DNA of 64,000 bases from a virus: positions 8,248-72,247 of IMG/VR virus record IMGVR_UViG_3300017971_000278, one strand, 5' to 3'. This document shows, one piece after another, positions 59,864-64,000 of the stretch (the first letter of the stretch is position 1; the number at the start of each line of letters is the position of its first letter). The notes below the pieces were generated by a model. That model did not search any database. It was not told the origin of the DNA and saw nothing but the letters and a program-made list of their open reading frames with translations. The position numbers and the translations under genes were made by a program.

Positions 59864-60175
59864 TTATTTGGAATGGACGGCTTCAAAGATTTGGTCAAGT
59901 TTGTCTTTGATTTCTCCAATATCTTCTTTCTGTCCTTTGAGGTTTTCTTCAATTCTTGAAAAGCTTTCTTTGGGTACGTAACGTTCATTGACGTACTCTT
60001 TAATGTCTTTAGTATTAACATAGTCTTGATTTGTTGTAAACTCTTTTATATCAGAATGTTCACTTGAGGCCCATAGGACACAGGCAACTGTAAGACTTAT
60101 TATGGTCAGCGCGACACCGACCCATTTGGGCCAGGAAAGAGTAAGGGGTTTGTCAGTTAGAGTAATACGTTTCAT
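59864..60175 (-). CDS. Single-TM plus coiled-coil protein, holin-like (103 aa)
   Basis: WVGVALTIISLTVACVLWA TM helix followed by a heptad-rich tail; GGGGAGG SD. Confidence 0.5.
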   Translation of the reverse strand: MKRITLTDKPLTLSWPKWVGVALTIISLTVACVLWASSEHSDIKEFTTNQDYVNTKDIKEYVNERYVPKESFSRIEENLKGQKEDIGEIKDKLDQIFEAVHSK

Positions 60176-60229
60176 TAATTAGTTTTCCTCCCCTATGTTA
60201 ACCCCCACTACATTTACTATACATTTATT

Positions 60230-60238
60230 AGTATACCA
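60230..60238 (-). promoter_or_regulatory. Candidate extended -10 promoter TGGTATACT
   Basis: Intergenic, upstream of 59864-60175 and the long downstream operon. Confidence 0.35.
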
Positions 60239-60294
60239 TACTAGAAATAGATATGACTTTAGTAAATCCTACAAAGGGAAGATTTGATCGCCGA

Positions 60295-60756
60295 TCAGGA
60301 AGAAGTTTTGATATAACTACCAAAAAGGTCATGTTTGGTATTTGATTCAACTATTGGAATCCTAATAGAAAGTACACCACTAGATAGATCAATGAATGAT
60401 TTTGGCAAATCTAAATCTCCTGAAGTCTCTATAATATAATGAAAACAACTAACAAGATCTTTATGAAGGGTATCATTTTGGATATTGTCTCCTATAATCT
60501 TTAGTTTGTTCCCCTCACTAGTTATATGGATACACTTTTGGTAAAACCCTGGAACTACAAACTGTAGTTTCCAACCAACAATATCGAATTTGGTGTCGGT
60601 GACCTTGGAAAGAACTGGTCTTTGGTAAAGTTTTTCAAAAAGTTCTTTTGGCATCAAAGGAAAGAACTCATTAAAGATAATATCAGGATAAAGGACTTCC
60701 CAGTCTTTGTAACGATAAATTAAGGTTTTTTTGTCTGGAGAAGAATATTCTGTCAC
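60295..60756 (-). CDS. Divergent Hsp20/alpha-crystallin family protein (153 aa)
   Basis: FVVPGF...ITSEGNKLKIIGD...SGVLSIRIP; GTG start with a GGGGAG SD. Confidence 0.65.
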   Translation of the reverse strand: MTEYSSPDKKTLIYRYKDWEVLYPDIIFNEFFPLMPKELFEKLYQRPVLSKVTDTKFDIVGWKLQFVVPGFYQKCIHITSEGNKLKIIGDNIQNDTLHKDLVSCFHYIIETSGDLDLPKSFIDLSSGVLSIRIPIVESNTKHDLFGSYIKTSS

Positions 60757-60882
60757 TAGTATCTCCCCGTTAAGTTGTAAAAAAAGAAATTGTTATGGTC
60801 TATGTGCTGAGGTTAACTAGAGCATATCTTCACCTCCTTCACAAGTTAGGAACTCCCTTTGGGGGAGTTAAGTTAATGTAAT

Positions 60883-60912
60883 AGTATATAGGTATGATTT
60901 GGATATTGTCAA
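60883..60912 (-). promoter_or_regulatory. Sigma70-type promoter TTGACA-N18-TATACT
   Basis: Consensus -35 and near-consensus -10 between the two Hsp20 genes. Confidence 0.7.
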
Positions 60913-60921
60913 TAGGTAAGA

Positions 60922-61311
60922 TTAAGAAAGGTTACCAAAAAGAGTTTTAGGTTCTCCAAGGACCTCTTTTTTGAAAGGAATATCTATGGTTAGTAAACCA
61001 TTGTAAAAATAAACATTGGCATTTTTAGGATCTAACTGATGAGATAATTGAAGTTTCCTGGTAAATTCACTACGGAACTTGTGAGAAATTTTTGAATCAG
61101 TATTGTCTCCTTTAATAATAAGGATGTTGTTTTTGGCACAAACTGAGATTTGGTCTTCTGAGAAACCAGCTAAGGCAATTTGTATGGATCTTCCTACAGA
61201 AGGAGTAGTGTCATCAAAAGGAGTTTTTCTCATAGGGTAAGAATCCATGGGTGGTTTGGGTTCGGTTGGCCAGTTAAAGAAATAGTCTTCAAGGAAAGAT
61301 TGTGTGATCAT
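60922..61311 (-). CDS. Small heat-shock protein Hsp20 (IbpA-like, 129 aa)
   Basis: IQIALAGFSEDQISV...LIIKGD...FTRKLQL...FYNGLLTIDIP; GGAGGTG SD. Confidence 0.85.
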   Translation of the reverse strand: MITQSFLEDYFFNWPTEPKPPMDSYPMRKTPFDDTTPSVGRSIQIALAGFSEDQISVCAKNNILIIKGDNTDSKISHKFRSEFTRKLQLSHQLDPKNANVYFYNGLLTIDIPFKKEVLGEPKTLFGNLS

Positions 61312-61385
61312 ATCGCACCTCCAAATAGTTGTGTGTCCCCAATTGGACGATACTCTTAAATAAAAGAGTATTTTGTAATATTCAA

Positions 61386-61413
61386 AATATAATCACGAAA
61401 AAAGAATCGTCAA
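61386..61413 (-). promoter_or_regulatory. Sigma70-type promoter TTGACG-N16-TATATT
   Basis: Upstream of the Hsp20 gene at the start of the minus-strand block. Confidence 0.5.
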
Positions 61414-61559
61414 CAGAAGTTTATCATATAGTGTTGATTTTGGGATAAAAAATTTTTTAGAAAATTTGAAATAAAGAAAAGTTACCCCTAGAAACTCCAG
61501 AAAAAAATATATTTTTGTTGACCTAGTTTTTAATAATAGACTCTACGGGGTACCCGAGA

Positions 61560-62200
61560 CGTTCGGAGCCCACGGGGTCAATATGAGTGGGCGACTGAAC
61601 GCCTTCTTGTGAGGTATGGCACAACCCATACCAACCATGCTAGTTAGGAGATTCTCACTCCAGGCTATCGGCTAGCAATAGGTTAACTACGAGATGAGCT
61701 GTTGCTGTGAGATGTTATGTTGTTATGCTGTTATGTTCTACTTACTGGACTGGGTATCATTGTAAGGATGTGTAATTCATCCTGCAATGGTGTATGTGTG
61801 TGTGATAGCGCGGCTCCGGAAGGAGGGTAAACTAGATGTAAACGCTCTGAATAGAGGGTAAACTAAACACACACTGCATTGGTACAGATCTGAAATAAGT
61901 GACGTACTAGTCAACACCATTGTCAATGCCATGTGTTCTGATACACGACTAGTAGACTCTACTGTATGGGCATGCTTCCATAACATACGTATGTATGTTA
62001 CCTGGGTGTGCCGCAGCAAGAGACAATGCTAGTTACCCATACTGTCCAGTAGCTAACCTACCCCATGTTGTCATGTGGGTAGCATGTGCAATGCATGCTA
62101 CCTGCATAGTGTAGTACCTATATGTACCCATGTACACACTATGTGTGTGTATGTGGGTATGTGTATGTAGTATACGCATATATCACGCCCGTCCTGGGCA
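61560..62200 (+). ncRNA. Candidate large structured non-coding RNA or leader
   Basis: No credible ORF; at least 12 hairpins and long-range stems, several needing G-U pairs that only work on the + strand. Confidence 0.5.
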
Positions 62201-62213
62201 GAAGGAGTCAGTC

Positions 62214-62399
62214 ATGACTAGTAAGTACCAGACAGACATGTTCGCTCTCACCAACAATGACAAGATTGTTTACTTCCGTCGTGTAAATCTCCACCGTGTG
62301 GAGGTACAGCGTGACGGTGGTAGTGGTGAGATGACGCTTGCTGCAGCTCGTGCCCTTTGGGTAGAGCTGGTAGCCAAGGGTTACCACCGAACTGACTAA
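62214..62399 (+). CDS. Small early-type hypothetical protein (61 aa, MTSKYQTDMF...)
   Basis: AGAAGGAG SD before ATG 62214; the track's start at 62130 lies in low-complexity non-coding sequence. Confidence 0.75.
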   Translation: MTSKYQTDMFALTNNDKIVYFRRVNLHRVEVQRDGGSGEMTLAAARALWVELVAKGYHRTD

Positions 62400-62466
62400 T
62401 TGTCGAAACATCTCTGAAAGGAGGTGTCTGTAGGAGATAGCCTCCCTACACTGATGAGATAGGCTA
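62400..62466 (+). ncRNA. Type II hammerhead ribozyme with pseudoknot
   Basis: GAAA (62405-08); stem III ACAUCUCU/GGAGGUGU with a GAAA loop; GUC cleavage triplet (62426-28); stem I UGUAGG/CCUACA; CUGAUGA (62451-57); stem II UGUC/GAUA; loop I UAGCC pairs with the 3' GGCUA. Confidence 0.9.
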
Positions 62467-62510
62467 ACTAACCAGTAGGTATATATGTACCTACAAGAAG
62501 GAGAAGAGAC

Positions 62511-62804
62511 ATGACTAAGTTATTCAAAAGAATCGCAAACAAAGTAAAAGGAATATTCAGTAAGGATGATTTTAGTGCGAAAGGTTACCAAAAGATAATT
62601 AAGGCACTAAAGGAATGTAACGAGGAAATGGGAGATATGGTTGACCACTATGAAGGATATGTGCCTGTACATGATGATACATGTACGTGTCATAAGTGTT
62701 ATGAGGATAACCTTGATTATGTACGCCGTGTCGAAGAAGAAAGACTACGCAAAGAAGATGAAGAAGCTTACGCTCATGTATGCAAATACGGATGGATTGA
62801 GTAG
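62511..62804 (+). CDS. Hypothetical protein (97 aa)
   Basis: AAGGAG SD; HDDTCTCHKC metal-binding-like motif. Confidence 0.8.
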   Translation: MTKLFKRIANKVKGIFSKDDFSAKGYQKIIKALKECNEEMGDMVDHYEGYVPVHDDTCTCHKCYEDNLDYVRRVEEERLRKEDEEAYAHVCKYGWIE

Positions 62805-62855
62805 CAGGCGGATTCACCTCAACCAGGCAGGTAAACACTAGTACCTGTTGGACTC

Positions 62856-62957
62856 CTCAGTCACGCCTCTTGCTTACGCAAGAGTCGCGCCTTCGTCAAA
62901 CAACAAAGGACCAGGACTCAGGCACGCTCATTGCATAGCAATGATCGATGCCTTCGT
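62856..62957 (+). repeat. Two-copy structured repeat CTCAG(T/G)CACGC-[7-bp stem-loop]-TCG(C/AT)GCCTTCGT
   Basis: Copies at 62856-62896 and 62917-62957; the stems CTCTTGC/GCAAGAG and TCATTGC/GCAATGA differ in sequence but both pair fully. Confidence 0.75.
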
Positions 62958-63204
62958 GTAGGGCATGACGCAATGACGTGTCAAATGTACCTGCCAACTA
63001 GGCTACATGTATATACCTATATTGGTAAACAGGTAGCCGCAACTATACACAATGTAACTGTGTACCACAGTGGTGCTTCTCTATCAACTGAGCACCCTTG
63101 GTGGGTGCTAGTACCTATATGGTATTACTCTGTAGTAGGGTAAAGGTATAGGTGTAACCAACAATGGTGAGGTGTGTCTTCCTCGCCGCGAAAGGAAAAG
63201 AACG

Positions 63205-63330
63205 ATGGTATTCTGGGCATTAATAGCAATGGCAGCTGGTGGAGCTAGTCTCTACTTCAATGCAATCTTGTTTGGTGAAATCGAGCGCCTCGAAAGAAGA
63301 ATTGAGGTTCTTGAAAGTGAGGATGAGTGA
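63205..63330 (+). CDS. Small membrane protein (41 aa, MVFWALIAMAAGGASLYFNAILFGEIERLERRIEVLESEDE)
   Basis: Translated by hand; AAAGGA SD; TM helix plus short coiled coil. Confidence 0.65.
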   Translation: MVFWALIAMAAGGASLYFNAILFGEIERLERRIEVLESEDE

Positions 63331-63434
63331 TGTGGGCACTCGTATGTGACACGTTCGCAGACACCATGTATGTGTTCTATGTGTACATGGCTGTAGTGAA
63401 TCGACTGTTCGATTTGTTCGAATGGTTGAGTTAA
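63330..63434 (+). CDS. Small hydrophobic protein (34 aa, MWALVCDTFADTMYVFYVYMAVVNRLFDLFEWLS)
   Basis: TGATG coupling to the previous ORF; GAGGA SD. Confidence 0.45.
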   Translation: MWALVCDTFADTMYVFYVYMAVVNRLFDLFEWLS

Positions 63435-63570
63435 TTACAGTGTGGTTGTGCATTACTGTATATTATACATAGGTGGGTTATACAACCCCCTATATAATGA
63501 TACCTTTATACACAGTAATGTATAAACATAACAACAATTGCCCCCTAAAGGGGCTGTAAAGGAGTCTTTC

Positions 63571-63720
63571 GTGCCGCGCAAACAACCAATCAATAACAAA
63601 CGACAACGCTTATCACGTATTAAGAAGAACACCCAAATCACCTCTCTGTTGGACTATAACATAACCAACATACTACACCACCTATCAACAAAAGCCCTCC
63701 CCAAGAGGGCTCCTAAGTAG
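63571..63720 (+). CDS. Small basic protein (49 aa)
   Basis: GTG start with an AAAGGAG SD. Confidence 0.45.
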   Translation: MPRKQPINNKRQRLSRIKKNTQITSLLDYNITNILHHLSTKALPKRAPK

Positions 63721-63907
63721 GCATAACCATTAAGAAAACATTCCGTTTCTCTTACTGGGCTGTAGGACAAAATTCTACAGCAATGCCTAGTAGGTTTTAC
63801 AGTATAACTGTAGTAGGTTTTCTATTGTAATTACAACAGGTTAAGCAAACCTGTATTGTTAAGAAACAACCATTAAAGTCCCCTTGTGGGGGACTAAGGA
63901 GGATCAA

Positions 63908-64000
63908 ATGGAAGAAGAAAGAATCTTTATGTTGTTACACAAACTAGTAAATAAGATACGTCTTCAACAAACCCAGGGTTTAGACAGAAATAGTACTGAG
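63908..64000 (+). CDS. Hypothetical protein, truncated by the window end (MEEERIFMLLHK...)
   Basis: AAGGAGG SD; open to the end of the window. Confidence 0.7.
   Translation, partial: MEEERIFMLLHKLVNKIRLQQTQGLDRNSTE

Noticed and set aside
1-61311. Stop-codon reassignment as seen in some large phages
   Set aside because: Genes tile densely under the standard code, and TAG ends genes cleanly (for example at 1922, 11834, 48195 and 55370).
61350-61371. ATACTCTT-N6-AAGAGTAT inverted repeat upstream of Hsp20 as a CIRCE or HAIR operator
   Set aside because: It does not match TTAGCACTC-N9-GAGTGCTAA or CTTGAGT-N7-ACTCAAG; at most an unspecified hairpin or operator.
61713-61737. TGTTATG(T/C) x3 microrepeat as iterons
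   Set aside because: Too short and low-complexity to support a function; probably a linker in the structured region.
62856-62957. Mini CRISPR array
   Set aside because: Only two imperfect copies, the variable part lies inside the repeat, and there are no cas genes in the window.
61777-63641. Track ORFs 61777-62019(-), 62208-62411(-), 62599-62838(-), 62641-62841(+), 62931-63143(+), 63220-63453(-) and 63453-63641(-)
   Set aside because: No convincing SD, low-complexity translations, and they overlap better-supported + strand genes or structured elements.
61560-64000. tRNA genes or additional ribozymes (twister, pistol, HDV) in the hairpin-rich region
   Set aside because: I could not identify a cloverleaf with a T-loop or a complete catalytic core by eye; tRNAscan-SE and Infernal scans are needed to exclude them.

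Overview
The window is part of a large, AT-rich myovirus-type (contractile-tail) phage genome that uses the standard genetic code. Positions 1-61311 are one co-oriented minus-strand block. Read in the direction of transcription it contains: two Hsp20s, a holin-like gene, small ORFs, GroES, a PHP phosphoesterase, a truncated TerL-ATPase paralogue, a possible TerS, a 1289-aa multi-enzyme protein, TerL, portal, prohead protease, decoration protein, major capsid, neck, sheath, three tube paralogues, tail chaperones, tape measure, a 1467-aa protein, hub, baseplate and fibre genes. At about 61.45-61.55 kb the coding strand switches to a + strand region of very small ORFs with many hairpins. The main find is the 1467-aa protein next to the tape measure. 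By eye it carries, in the correct order, motifs of both RNA polymerase double-psi barrels (a beta-like K..K motif, beta'-like RHP and DFDKD) plus bridge-helix and trigger-loop-like segments. It is therefore a candidate virion-packaged, single-chain two-barrel RNA polymerase. Other notable items: a type II hammerhead ribozyme with a pseudoknot, a ~650-nt highly structured non-coding region, an ATP-grasp/zincin-like/kinase polyprotein divided by a repeated peptide tag, a terminase-ATPase paralogue lacking its catalytic Glu, and nested carbohydrate-binding domains in a baseplate protein. All calls come from motif recognition by eye; no searches or folding programs were run.
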